A stretch of DNA of 54,146 nucleotides from an uncultured Gemmatimonadales bacterium (lineage in GTDB: Bacteria; Gemmatimonadota; Gemmatimonadetes; Longimicrobiales; Gaopeijiaceae): assembly GCA_937983085.1 (NCBI GenBank), contig CALJKZ010000121.1, positions 1 through 54,146 on the forward strand, given 5' to 3'. Of this stretch, positions 34,876 to 44,142 are shown in pieces (the first letter of the stretch is position 1; each line of letters starts with the position of its first letter). The position numbers and the translations under genes were made by a program. The notes under the pieces were generated by a model. That model was not told the origin of the DNA and did not search any database. It saw only the letters and a program-made list of their open reading frames with translations.

Positions 34876-36500
34876 GGTCCCCCGGAAGCTCCTGAGCCGT
34901 CACCCTCGTCCAGCGGCCGGTAGTTCACGCCCAGGGCGTCGAAACGCGCCAGGTGCCACTCGAGCCGGTTCAGGAAGTCGGCGTAGTCCTTCTGCTCCCG
35001 GGGGGTCCACACCACCTCGGCGAGCGCCAGCATCCTTGGAAGGAGCATGTACTCGACGTGGTCCGTGGTCTTCATGTACTCCGTCCAGACGTTGGCCTGG
35101 GCCCCGATGATCCGTTCGGCGTCGCGTTCGCGCAGGGGACCGGGGATGGGCTCGTAGCTGTAGACCGTGTCGAGAGGCAGGAAGCCCCCGATGGCGAAGG
35201 GCTCGTTTTCACGGTCCTCCGACTGGTAGTAGTCGAAGTAGAGGTGGCTGTAGGGCGTCATGACGACGTCGTGGCCCATTCGCGACGCCTCGATGCCGCC
35301 CAGGGTGCCGCGCCACGACATGACGGTGGCGTTGGGTGCCAGGCCTCCCTCCAGGATCTCGTCCCAGCCGATGAGACGTTTGCCCTGGGCGTTGAGGAAC
35401 CGCTCGATTCGTTGGATGAAGTAGCCCTGGACCTGCTCCACTTCACGCAGCCCCTCCTGGACCATGAGGTTCTGGACGAACTCGCTTTCCTCCCACTGCG
35501 TCTTCGGCGCCTCGTCTCCCCCGATGTGGACGTACTCGCCGGGGAAGAGCTCCACGACCTCGGCGAGGACGGTCTCGAGAAACTCGAACGTTGCCTCGGT
35601 GGGGCAAAAGATGTCCTCGAAGACGCCCCAGGTCTTCGCGACCTCCACGGGCCCTCCATGACAGGAGAGCTCGGGATACGCCGCGATGGCCGCCGTCGCA
35701 TGTCCCGGCATCTCGATCTCCGGCACGATGGTGACGAAGCGGGCCTCGGCATACGCCACGATGTCCCGGACTTCATCCTTCGTGTAGAAGCCACCGTACC
35801 TCTGACCGTCGCCATTGAAGGGCTCACTGCCGTGGCCGATCTGCGTCTCGTCGCGCCAGGCCGCCACCTCGGTGAGGCGCGGATACGCGTCGATCTCGAT
35901 GCGCCACCCCTGGTCCTCGGTGAGATGCCAGTGGAAGCGGTTGATCTTGTACCGGGCCAGGAGGTCGATGTAGCGCTTGACGAAGTCGGGCTCGAAGAAG
36001 TGTCGGGCCACGTCGAGGTGCATGCCGCGGTATCCGAAGCGCGGCTCGTCGACGATGGTCACCGCCGGTATCTCGACGCCCCCGTCGACGGCCCCCGTCT
36101 CGGCGTCGGGCGGCATGAGCTGGCTCAGGGTCTGCAGGCCATAGAAGACGCCCGCGTGGTCCGTTCCGGTCACCGAGATGCCTTCGGGGGTGACGTCGAG
36201 GCGGTACCCCTCGGCGCCCACGCCGCTGACGTCCGCATCCACGGACAGCGTGATGTCGCCGTCCGGTCCCACCGCCAGCGGGAGACCGCGTCCCGCGCCG
36301 AAGGGGGCGGCCCACACCTCGGCCAGCTCGCGGAGGGCCGGGTCCTCGGGCGAGCCCGCTACGATGCGCGAGTCGGCGGAAAGGGTGAAGGAACCACTCC
36401 CCGCTTCCATGGACACGGGCTGGGGGACGAGGGAGGGAGGGCGCTCGGTCTGGCAGCCGATCATGAGCAGGGACGCCGTGACGAGTAGGCGGGCATTCAT
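34872..36500 (-). CDS. Beta-N-acetylhexosaminidase (GH20), lipoprotein
   Basis: Lipobox LLMIGCQ. GH20 motifs YRGMHLDVARHFF, FHWHLTEDQGWR and the catalytic pair in HIGGDE are present. Confidence 0.9.
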   Translation of the reverse strand: MNARLLVTASLLMIGCQTERPPSLVPQPVSMEAGSGSFTLSADSRIVAGSPEDPALRELAEVWAAPFGAGRGLPLAVGPDGDITLSVDADVSGVGAEGYRLDVTPEGISVTGTDHAGVFYGLQTLSQLMPPDAETGAVDGGVEIPAVTIVDEPRFGYRGMHLDVARHFFEPDFVKRYIDLLARYKINRFHWHLTEDQGWRIEIDAYPRLTEVAAWRDETQIGHGSEPFNGDGQRYGGFYTKDEVRDIVAYAEARFVTIVPEIEMPGHATAAIAAYPELSCHGGPVEVAKTWGVFEDIFCPTEATFEFLETVLAEVVELFPGEYVHIGGDEAPKTQWEESEFVQNLMVQEGLREVEQVQGYFIQRIERFLNAQGKRLIGWDEILEGGLAPNATVMSWRGTLGGIEASRMGHDVVMTPYSHLYFDYYQSEDRENEPFAIGGFLPLDTVYSYEPIPGPLRERDAERIIGAQANVWTEYMKTTDHVEYMLLPRMLALAEVVWTPREQKDYADFLNRLEWHLARFDALGVNYRPLDEGDGSGASGGP

Positions 36501-37855
36501 GCGGACCTCGTGAGGACGCGGGTCTGGGTGAACTGCCGATGTCCGTCCTTGGACTTGTGGAAACCGAAGCCGCTTTCTCTCGCGCCGACCCAGGGCGTTC
36601 CGGGCACCCCGCCGACGGAGCGGTTGATGCCCACCATGCCCGCGGTGAGACGGCGACCGACCTCGGCCGCTCGTTCCTCGTCACCACCGAAGACCACGGC
36701 GCCGAGGCCGAAGGGCGTATCGTTGGCCCGGGTCACGGCCTCGTCCACCGAGGCGACGCGCGTGACGCACGCCACGGGACCGAAGGTCTCCACGGTCCCG
36801 ATCTCCATGTCGTCCGTGACGCCGCCCAGGACGGTGGGCGTCACGAAGTTGTCGCGGTGGCCGTTCCCGCCGGCCAGGACGGTGGCGCCGGCGCCGACCG
36901 CCGACTGGATCTGAGCCACCACGTGGTCCCGCTGGCGCCGACTGACCATGGGCCCCACGTCGGCGCCCTCCATCCCGTTGCCGACCGTCATGGCCGACGC
37001 CAGCTCGACGAGGGCCGCCTCGAAGGCGTCGGCGACACTCTCCAGCACGAAGATGCGCTCGGTGGCGACGCACACCTGCCCGCAGTTGCGGAAGGAGTTG
37101 GTGGCCGCGAACCGGGCCGCCTTGTCCAGGTCGGCGTCGTCGAGAACGATCATGGGGTCCTTCCCGCCCAACTCCAGGACCACCCGCTTCAGGGTGCCGC
37201 TGGCCTGACGCATGATCTCCTTGCCCACCTCGCGCGAGCCGGTGAAGGCGATCATGTCCACGTTCGAGGCCACCAGCGCCTTGCCCTGTTCGTCGGCGCC
37301 GTGCACCACCCGCAGGACGCCGTCCGGTAGGACCTGATTCAGGACGTCGGCATACGCCTGACCGCAGAGGGGCGTCTCCTCTGACGGCTTGAAGACCACG
37401 GCGTTCCCCGCCGCCAGCGCCGGGAGCACCATCCAGCTGGGCATGGCCATGGGGAAGTTCCATGGGGTGATGGCGCCCACCACGCCCAGGGGATCGTGGT
37501 GAATGGTGGAGCGGGCCCCACCCTCCTCGAGGACCTCGGGCTGCAGGGCCTCGACGATCTCGTCGAGCTCGCGGCGCAGGCCCCGGCCGCCGAGTCGGTG
37601 GGCCTCGGCCTTCGACTCCTTCATGGGCTTGCCCATCTCGCGCGTCATGAGGCGCGCGTGCTCGTCGATCCGGGCGTCGAAGAGGTCGCCCGCTCCGGCC
37701 AGGATGTCGGCTCGCTCTTCCAACGAACGCGCTGCCCACGCCATCTGGGCCTCCCTGGCCTCGTCCACGACGGCCTGGACCCGGGTCGCAGGCGTGACGG
37801 GGACCCGTCCCACCGACTCTCCGGTGGCTGGATCGAAGGAATCGAGCATGTCCAT
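36497..37855 (-). CDS. NAD(P)-dependent aldehyde dehydrogenase
   Basis: PWNFP, general base in LELGGKDP, catalytic Cys in FRNCGQVCVATER. The stop overlaps the GH20 start as ATGA. Confidence 0.9.
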   Translation of the reverse strand: MDMLDSFDPATGESVGRVPVTPATRVQAVVDEAREAQMAWAARSLEERADILAGAGDLFDARIDEHARLMTREMGKPMKESKAEAHRLGGRGLRRELDEIVEALQPEVLEEGGARSTIHHDPLGVVGAITPWNFPMAMPSWMVLPALAAGNAVVFKPSEETPLCGQAYADVLNQVLPDGVLRVVHGADEQGKALVASNVDMIAFTGSREVGKEIMRQASGTLKRVVLELGGKDPMIVLDDADLDKAARFAATNSFRNCGQVCVATERIFVLESVADAFEAALVELASAMTVGNGMEGADVGPMVSRRQRDHVVAQIQSAVGAGATVLAGGNGHRDNFVTPTVLGGVTDDMEIGTVETFGPVACVTRVASVDEAVTRANDTPFGLGAVVFGGDEERAAEVGRRLTAGMVGINRSVGGVPGTPWVGARESGFGFHKSKDGHRQFTQTRVLTRSA

Positions 37856-37905
37856 GGGGAGGGCCTCGCGCGGACGGGTCGGGATCGGCAGCTTGGGCCC
37901 GGAAG

Positions 37906-38589
37906 ATGTTCAACGTGGGAAAGCGGGGGCAAGCGATGGACGGAGATCGGGGGGCGGCATTCGATCGTGTGCGGAGCGGAGACCCGGAAGGACTGGCCAG
38001 GCTGCTCGCGGCCGAGCCGTCGCTGGCGTCGGCGACGAACGACGACGGCACGCCTCTGCTACACGCCGCTGCCCAGAGCGACGACCCTGCGCTCGTGGAC
38101 GCGGTCCTCGAGGCGGGAGCCGACGTGGAGGTGAAGGCGCGCTGGGGACACACCGCCCTGGAGTGGGCAGCCAACGTGAATGCACGCCGGGCCGCCGACT
38201 TCCTCCTCTCCCGCGGCTCGGCGCTCAACCTGTGGTCGGCGGCCGCCTTGGGTCGGATGGACGACGTGCGGGCCTTTCTGGCTCTGGGGCAGAACGAACG
38301 GGCGGTGGCGGACGCCTTCTACATCGCGTGCCGGAACGGGGCCCTCGACGTGGCTCGCCTTCTTCGTGCCGAGGGCGCGGAGGTGGACGCGCTGGGCTAC
38401 TTCGACGCCACCGCCCTCCACTGGGCAGCGGTGAACGGTCACGAGGAGACGGTGGCGTGGCTGGTGGCGGAGGGGGCGAACGTGACCCGGCGGGATCCCG
38501 AGTTCGACGCGACTCCCGCCGGATGGGCGCGGGAGGGAGGCCACGACGACTTGGCGCGCCGTCTCGAGGCGTGGGAGACGGCGTCGTGA
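37906..38589 (+). CDS. Ankyrin-repeat protein, cytoplasmic
   Basis: Repeated ANK consensus (DGTPLLHAAAQSDDPALVDAVLEAGADV; GHTALEWAANVNARRAADFLLSRGSAL; ATALHWAAVNGHEETVAWLVAEGANV). No signal peptide. The start could instead be ATG 37936. Confidence 0.8.
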   Translation: MFNVGKRGQAMDGDRGAAFDRVRSGDPEGLARLLAAEPSLASATNDDGTPLLHAAAQSDDPALVDAVLEAGADVEVKARWGHTALEWAANVNARRAADFLLSRGSALNLWSAAALGRMDDVRAFLALGQNERAVADAFYIACRNGALDVARLLRAEGAEVDALGYFDATALHWAAVNGHEETVAWLVAEGANVTRRDPEFDATPAGWAREGGHDDLARRLEAWETAS

Positions 38590-40385
38590 GGCCGGGCGCA
38601 GGAGGGCGACTCGGAGAGGCCAGCCGGCGGACTCGGCCCACGAGGTCGGGGTCGGCGGGGGTCCGGGTGGCGTCCCTCCTCCTGGGACTCGCTTTGCTCC
38701 TCGCCGCGCCGGCGGCCGCCCAGACGTACGACCTCCTCATCCGGGGCGGATGGGTCCTCGACGGCACCGGCAACCCGGCGGTGGTCGCCGACGTGGCGGT
38801 ACGGGACGGCCGTATCGAGGCCGTGGGTGACCTGACCGGCGCCACGGCGTCCCGCGAGGTCGATGCCCGGGGTCTCCATGTGACGCCGGGGTTCATCGAC
38901 ATGCACTCCCACGCCGACAACGCGCTCTACGACGGATCGCCTCGGCAGCGGCAGGCCCGCAACCTGGTAGCCCAGGGGATCACCACCATCGTCGTGGGGC
39001 CCGACGGACGGAATCCTGTATGGCCCGTGTCCGAGGAGATCGCCGGGTATCGACGGGGAGGCACCGCCGTGAACGTCGTTCCCATGGTGGGTCACGGCAC
39101 CGTCCGAGGTCTCGTCATGGGTGACGACTACGAGCGCCCAGCCACCGACGACGAGGTCCGTCGCATGCGGGACCTCGTCCGCCAGGGCATGGACGAGGGA
39201 GCGTGGGGGATGGGGGCCGGACCCGAGTACCGCCCCGGTCGCTTCTCCACCACCGAGGAGCTCGTCGCCCTCGCCGAGGTCATCGCCGAGTACGACGGGT
39301 TCTACTACGCCCATCAGAGGAGTCAGTCCCCGCTCCCGCTCTGGCTCACCCCGAGCATCGTCGACGAGTACACGCCCCCTCCCACGTGGCCTCCGGGGTG
39401 GCGTCTCACCGCAACCGACGGCATGGCCGAGACCATCCGCATCGGTCGGGAGACGGGCATCCGGGTGGTTGGGACGCACATCAAGGCCAAAGGGCCCACC
39501 ACGTGGGGCCAGTCGGCGGTGGACGTCGCCGCCATCGATCGCGCCCGGGCAGACGGAGTCCAGGTGTATCTCGACCAGTACCCGTACGAGACGTTCGGCG
39601 GAGGATCGGTGGAGGTGATTCCCCGCTGGTACTACGCGCCGCCAGGCACCGATCGCAGCGGCGGGCTCGACTCACCGGAATGGAATCGCCGGGGGCTCAT
39701 GGCCCAACGGGAGGCGAACCTGCGCGCCCACATGGAGCACCCGGTGTACGGGGAGGAGCTGCTCACGGACATCGAGTACATCCTCGACCTCCAGGGGGGC
39801 GCCGACCGTCACGTCATCGTCGTGTCGCCCTACGACGAATCCCTGGTGGGGCGGACCCTCGCCGACGTTGCCGGCGAGAACGGGCTCACCCCCGTGGACC
39901 AGGTCCTGCGCTTCGCTCTGGAGATGGGAACCGACGAGCTTCGCTCCGGCGTTCGATTCCGGGGGCTGGCCGGCTCGGCGGAAGACGTGGAGCGGTACAT
40001 GCGGCAGGAGTACACCGCCACGTCCACTGACGGCGGTGTGGTGGAGAACCCGGGGCAGGGCCGTCATCCGCGGTTCTTCGGCACGTATCCCCACAAGATC
40101 GCGACGTACGTGCGAGACAAGGGCGTCATCACCCTGCCCTTCTTCGTTCGGTCGTCTACGGGGTTGCCGGCGCAGATCGTCGGTCTCGCCGACCGGGGGT
40201 ACGTGCGTCCCGGACAGGCCGCCGACCTGGTGGTCTTCGACTTCGACCGGGTCCAGGATCACGCCACGATCCTCGACCCCGGCGGTCACAACGAGGGCAT
40301 CGAGTTCGTTTTCGTGAATGGAAGGGCGGTGGTGGACGGCGGGGCCCTCACGGGGGCGTTGCCGGGAGAGGTGCTGATTCGCTGA
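38586..40385 (+). CDS. N-acyl-D-amino-acid deacylase-type amidohydrolase, exported
   Basis: This is the 3' part of ORF 37503..40385. The GTG at 38586 overlaps the ankyrin stop as GTGA. Arg-rich n-region plus LLLGLALLLAAPAAAQ. DLLIRGGWVLDGTG and the metal motif PGFIDMHSHAD are present. Confidence 0.85.
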   Translation: MRPGAGGRLGEASRRTRPTRSGSAGVRVASLLLGLALLLAAPAAAQTYDLLIRGGWVLDGTGNPAVVADVAVRDGRIEAVGDLTGATASREVDARGLHVTPGFIDMHSHADNALYDGSPRQRQARNLVAQGITTIVVGPDGRNPVWPVSEEIAGYRRGGTAVNVVPMVGHGTVRGLVMGDDYERPATDDEVRRMRDLVRQGMDEGAWGMGAGPEYRPGRFSTTEELVALAEVIAEYDGFYYAHQRSQSPLPLWLTPSIVDEYTPPPTWPPGWRLTATDGMAETIRIGRETGIRVVGTHIKAKGPTTWGQSAVDVAAIDRARADGVQVYLDQYPYETFGGGSVEVIPRWYYAPPGTDRSGGLDSPEWNRRGLMAQREANLRAHMEHPVYGEELLTDIEYILDLQGGADRHVIVVSPYDESLVGRTLADVAGENGLTPVDQVLRFALEMGTDELRSGVRFRGLAGSAEDVERYMRQEYTATSTDGGVVENPGQGRHPRFFGTYPHKIATYVRDKGVITLPFFVRSSTGLPAQIVGLADRGYVRPGQAADLVVFDFDRVQDHATILDPGGHNEGIEFVFVNGRAVVDGGALTGALPGEVLIR

Positions 40386-40425
40386 CCGTCATGAGCACAC
40401 AACGACGATTTGGAGACCGACGCAG

Positions 40426-41241
40426 ATGAGAACGCTGATCTTCACCCTGGCCGCGCTCGCGACGTTGAGCCTCCCTTCGCCGTCGAGGGCTCAACAGGTC
40501 TTCCATTCCACCCAGTCGGCCAATCTGCACACCGCGGAGATGCTCCGACCCGGCAACTGGCTGTTCGAGATCTCCCATCGCTTCTTCCCACCGGTTTCCC
40601 AGGGGGCCGATGCGCTATGGGGCGTCGACGGATCGGCCTTCATCCGCTTCGGCCTGACCTACCAGGCCGGCGAGCGGCTCATGCTCGGGCTGGTGCGCAC
40701 CAACCTGGACGACAACCTGGGTCTGGATGCCCGGGTCGCGCTGGGGTCCGCGGCGGTCGGGAGTGGCGTGGTGAAGGTGGCGTTGGCGGGCGGCGTGGCC
40801 GTGAACACCGACGTCAACGAGGCGTCCAACGGGGGGCGGCGCGGGGGGGGCAACGGTACCCGGCTGTACGCCCAGCTACTCGTCAACGCTCTGCTGGGCG
40901 AGAAGGTGGCGGTGGGCGTGGCTCCCTCCTACCTGCGCAACCCTCAGCTCCTGGATCTCGAGTCCGAGAACGCTCTGGCTCTCGGCCTCCACGCCCAGGC
41001 GTACGTGAGCGACGCCGTGAGCTTCTTCGGAGAGTGGATCATCTCCGAGTCCATCGTGAACCAAGCCCATGACAGCGGGACCTTCGGCGTCGAGTTCGAG
41101 ACCCGTGGCCACTTCTTCAAGCTCCTCGTCACCAATCAGACGCGCCCGAACCCCACCCAGTACCTGGGCGGGTCACCTCATCCCTTCGAGGCCGACGAGC
41201 TGCGCTTCGGCTTCAACATCACGAGGCTACTGCCCTTCTGA
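40426..41241 (+). CDS. Outer-membrane beta-barrel protein (DUF5777-like)
   Basis: Signal peptide LATLSLPSPSRAQ. Alternating strand pattern, with a C-terminal FGFNITRLLPF aromatic end. The family name is recalled from memory, not searched. Confidence 0.6.
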   Translation: MRTLIFTLAALATLSLPSPSRAQQVFHSTQSANLHTAEMLRPGNWLFEISHRFFPPVSQGADALWGVDGSAFIRFGLTYQAGERLMLGLVRTNLDDNLGLDARVALGSAAVGSGVVKVALAGGVAVNTDVNEASNGGRRGGGNGTRLYAQLLVNALLGEKVAVGVAPSYLRNPQLLDLESENALALGLHAQAYVSDAVSFFGEWIISESIVNQAHDSGTFGVEFETRGHFFKLLVTNQTRPNPTQYLGGSPHPFEADELRFGFNITRLLPF

Positions 41242-41325
41242 GTCGCCCGCCTCGTCGGGACGCGCGTCGTCGGATGCCTCACGACCCGCAGTCGGGCAAG
41301 CGCCTGGGAGCGCTCGGGCCCGCGC

Positions 41326-41511
41326 CTAGATCCCGGTGCCGAAGTACTCGACGAGGAGGATGTAGAGCCCCGTCGCGATGGCCGCGATGGCGGCGAGCTT
41401 GAGAAGCTTCTTGAGCAGGGCGAAGACCATCATCGCCGCTGCGAAGAGCAGGGGGACCAGGAAGATCGGGTTGGCGAGTAGGTATCCTACCAGCTCGTTG
41501 ATCTCGTTCAT
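41326..41511 (-). CDS. Small two-TM membrane protein (61 aa)
   Basis: ATG ORF with two hydrophobic helices separated by KKLLK. No competing real gene on either strand. Confidence 0.5.
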   Translation of the reverse strand: MNEINELVGYLLANPIFLVPLLFAAAMMVFALLKKLLKLAAIAAIATGLYILLVEYFGTGI

Positions 41512-41676
41512 GGGCTGGGCTCGGGGCGCTGGGGTGTCGCTGAATCAAGCGAAGCAGAACGAGCGTGTCCATCGGCCACGCGTACTTGCGTTCCCACTCC
41601 ATATATCCGATTACGTGGGCGCGGAACCGTGTGTTTCCCACGAGTTCTCGTGACTTCAACCGGAGGACGATGACCC

Positions 41677-43224
41677 ATGGGGGGACCCATCCAGGACGCG
41701 CCGGGCGGCGATGCCACGCGGGCCGCCGCCCTCGATCCCATCGCCCTGGGTGGCGGCAAGACCTTCATGGGTCACCCGCGGGGTCTGTCGACGCTCTTCT
41801 TCACCGAGATGTGGGAGCGCTTCTCGTACTACGGGATGCGGGCGCTCCTGACTCTCTTCATGACCGCCGCAACCATCGGCGAGAACCCGGGTCTCGGCTT
41901 CGACGTCGCCACGGCGGGTGCCATCTACGGGATGTACACGGCGCTCGTCTACATCACCGCCCTTCCCGGCGGGTGGATCGCCGACAACCTGTGGGGGCAG
42001 CGGAAGGCCATCTGGGTGGGCGGCTGGATCATCGCCCTGGGCCACTTCACCATGGCCATCCCGGGGACGCCCACCTTCTTCCTGGGCCTCTTCTTCATCA
42101 TCTGCGGCACCGGGCTGCTGAAGCCCAACGTCTCCACCATCGTGGGCGACCTGTATCCCGAGGGCGGTGCCCGTCGCGACGCCGGCTTCTCCGTGTTCTA
42201 CATGGGGATCAACCTCGGCGCCTTCTTCGGGCCCCTGGTCACCGGCTTCCTCGGCGAAGGGTATCACTGGCACTGGGGCTTCGGCGCCGCCGGCGTCGGC
42301 ATGGTCCTGGGCCTCATCCAGTATCGGATGGGCCAGCCGTACCTCGGCGACATCGGGCACCTCCGGACCGACCGGACCCCCGAGGAGACCGCGGCCTTGT
42401 CGAAGAAGTTCTTCGGAGGCTTCTTCGGGGTCGTGGCGGCGGTGGCGATCTTCGCCAATCTGGTGAACAGCGGGGTCATCGACCTGACCATCGCCCAGAT
42501 CGCCCAGGGGCTCGGCTACTCCGTCCTCACCATCGTCGCCCTCTACTTCCTCTACGTGTGGACCCTGGGCGGGCACTCGGCCGAGGAGAACAAGAAGATG
42601 TTCGTCATCTTCTGGCTCTTCCTGCTCATCGCCGTCTTCTGGTCGGGCTTCGAGCAGGCCGGTACGTCGCTGAACCTCTTCGCCCGCGACCTCACCGACC
42701 GCATGATCGGGGGCTGGGAGCTCCCGGCTTCCACCCTGCAGTCGGTGAACGCCGGCTTCATCATCCTGCTGGCCCCGGTCTTCGGAATGGTCTGGGTCTG
42801 GCTCGAGTCACGAAGCGTGAACCCGTCGATTCCCATGAAGGCCGGCCTCGGCCTGCTGGGACTCGCCGGGGGCTTCTTCGTGCTGGCGTGGGGCGCGTCC
42901 CAGGCGACGCCGGAGAATCCGGTCTCGCCCGCCTGGCTCGTGGTCACCTACTTCCTCCACACCGTGGGAGAGTTGTGCATCTCGCCCATCGGCCTGTCCG
43001 CCATCACCAAGCTCTCACCGCAGCGGCGGGTGGGTCAGATGATGGGGGTGTGGTTCGTGGGCGCGGCCCTGGGCAACCTCTTCGCCGGCCTGGTGGCGGG
43101 ACAGCTGGAGACCATGGCACCGAGCACGCTCTTCATGACCGTCGCGACCATCACCGGCGGTGTCGGCGTCCTCGCCGTCGTCGTGTCGCCGTGGGTGAAG
43201 CGCCTCACGGGCGGGACGAAGTAG
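41677..43224 (+). CDS. Proton-dependent oligopeptide transporter (POT/PTR2 family)
   Basis: GGAGGA at 41662-41667 precedes the ATG. Signature FFTEMWERFSYYGMRALL, and about 12-14 TM segments. Confidence 0.92.
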   Translation: MGGPIQDAPGGDATRAAALDPIALGGGKTFMGHPRGLSTLFFTEMWERFSYYGMRALLTLFMTAATIGENPGLGFDVATAGAIYGMYTALVYITALPGGWIADNLWGQRKAIWVGGWIIALGHFTMAIPGTPTFFLGLFFIICGTGLLKPNVSTIVGDLYPEGGARRDAGFSVFYMGINLGAFFGPLVTGFLGEGYHWHWGFGAAGVGMVLGLIQYRMGQPYLGDIGHLRTDRTPEETAALSKKFFGGFFGVVAAVAIFANLVNSGVIDLTIAQIAQGLGYSVLTIVALYFLYVWTLGGHSAEENKKMFVIFWLFLLIAVFWSGFEQAGTSLNLFARDLTDRMIGGWELPASTLQSVNAGFIILLAPVFGMVWVWLESRSVNPSIPMKAGLGLLGLAGGFFVLAWGASQATPENPVSPAWLVVTYFLHTVGELCISPIGLSAITKLSPQRRVGQMMGVWFVGAALGNLFAGLVAGQLETMAPSTLFMTVATITGGVGVLAVVVSPWVKRLTGGTK

Positions 43225-43247
43225 CGCGGCTTCGCCCGTTCGGGCGG

Positions 43248-44087
43248 TCAGGCTCCGAGCCCGCCGCGGTCGAGGATCTTCTTGTACTCGGCCAGGTGGG
43301 CAAGGGCATCGGTTTGCCGCCCTTCCGCTTCCAGGAGACGCGAGAGGTTGAAGTGGGCCACGGCCAGGTCGGGGTCGAGGCGTAGCGCCGCCTCGTACGC
43401 CTCCACGGCGCCCGTCGATGCCGACTGGTCCTCGAGGGCCACGCCAAGGTTGAAGAAGGCTCGCGCACTCTCGGGGTCGGCGGTGACCGCTTGCCGATAG
43501 TGCTCCTCTGCTTCCCGGACCCGGCCCGACTCGTGGAGTAGGCGACCCAGGTTGAGGTGGGCGTCGGAATGGGTGGCATCCAGCTCGAGGGCGTGCCGGT
43601 ACGCGGTGATGGCGTCGTCCAGGGAAACCGCTTCCAGATCCACCCCCGAGTCGTACCAGTCGTCGGCCGACATTCCGTCGTCCCGACCTTCCTCACGGAG
43701 GGCGCGTCGGGCCACGGGGAGCGTAGCGTCGGCCACGTCGGAGACGGCGAAGTCGATGCTGAGCTGGCCGGTATCCGGCTCCCATACCGCATCATCGTCC
43801 CGAACCAGGACCCTGTCTCCAAGGGCCGAAATGGTGACGGCGCTGAGGGGGCGACCTGCCGGCAGTTGGTCCCGGAGCGCGGCGAGGGCCTGGCTCACCC
43901 GCTTCGGCGGGACGTCGGCGTCGAGGAGTTCCCGGGCGGTTCGCAACAGCACGATGTCCTGGAAGGAGAAGACGTATCCGTGCTGTCCTCGCTCCGGCGA
44001 GATGAGGCCCCGCCGGGTCCAGGAGAGGATCCGGGAGGTGGGAAGGCCCAGCACCTCGGCGACTTCGCGCGTGGTGTAGCCCTTCAC
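43248..44087 (-). CDS. MerR-family HTH fused to TPR repeats
   Basis: A GTG at 44087 gives VKGYTTREVAEVLGLPTSRILSWTRRGLISP (MerR HTH). The C-terminus has 3-4 TPR units (AITAYRHALELDATHSDAHLNLGRLL..., AEEHYRQAVTADPESARAFFNLG..., AVEAYEAALRLDPDLAVAHFNLS...). Confidence 0.75.
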   Translation of the reverse strand: MKGYTTREVAEVLGLPTSRILSWTRRGLISPERGQHGYVFSFQDIVLLRTARELLDADVPPKRVSQALAALRDQLPAGRPLSAVTISALGDRVLVRDDDAVWEPDTGQLSIDFAVSDVADATLPVARRALREEGRDDGMSADDWYDSGVDLEAVSLDDAITAYRHALELDATHSDAHLNLGRLLHESGRVREAEEHYRQAVTADPESARAFFNLGVALEDQSASTGAVEAYEAALRLDPDLAVAHFNLSRLLEAEGRQTDALAHLAEYKKILDRGGLGA

Positions 44088-44142
44088 GTCGCGGTCACCT
44101 GCGGAAAGTGAACGGACGGAGGAGTGCAGGGCCGCGCGCCCG

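Noticed and set aside
37503-38585. A 361-codon N-terminal extension of the amidohydrolase ORF (960 aa in total).
   Set aside because: The extension is antisense to the aldehyde dehydrogenase gene and overlaps the ankyrin gene in another frame. A signal peptide appears only after the GTG at 38586.
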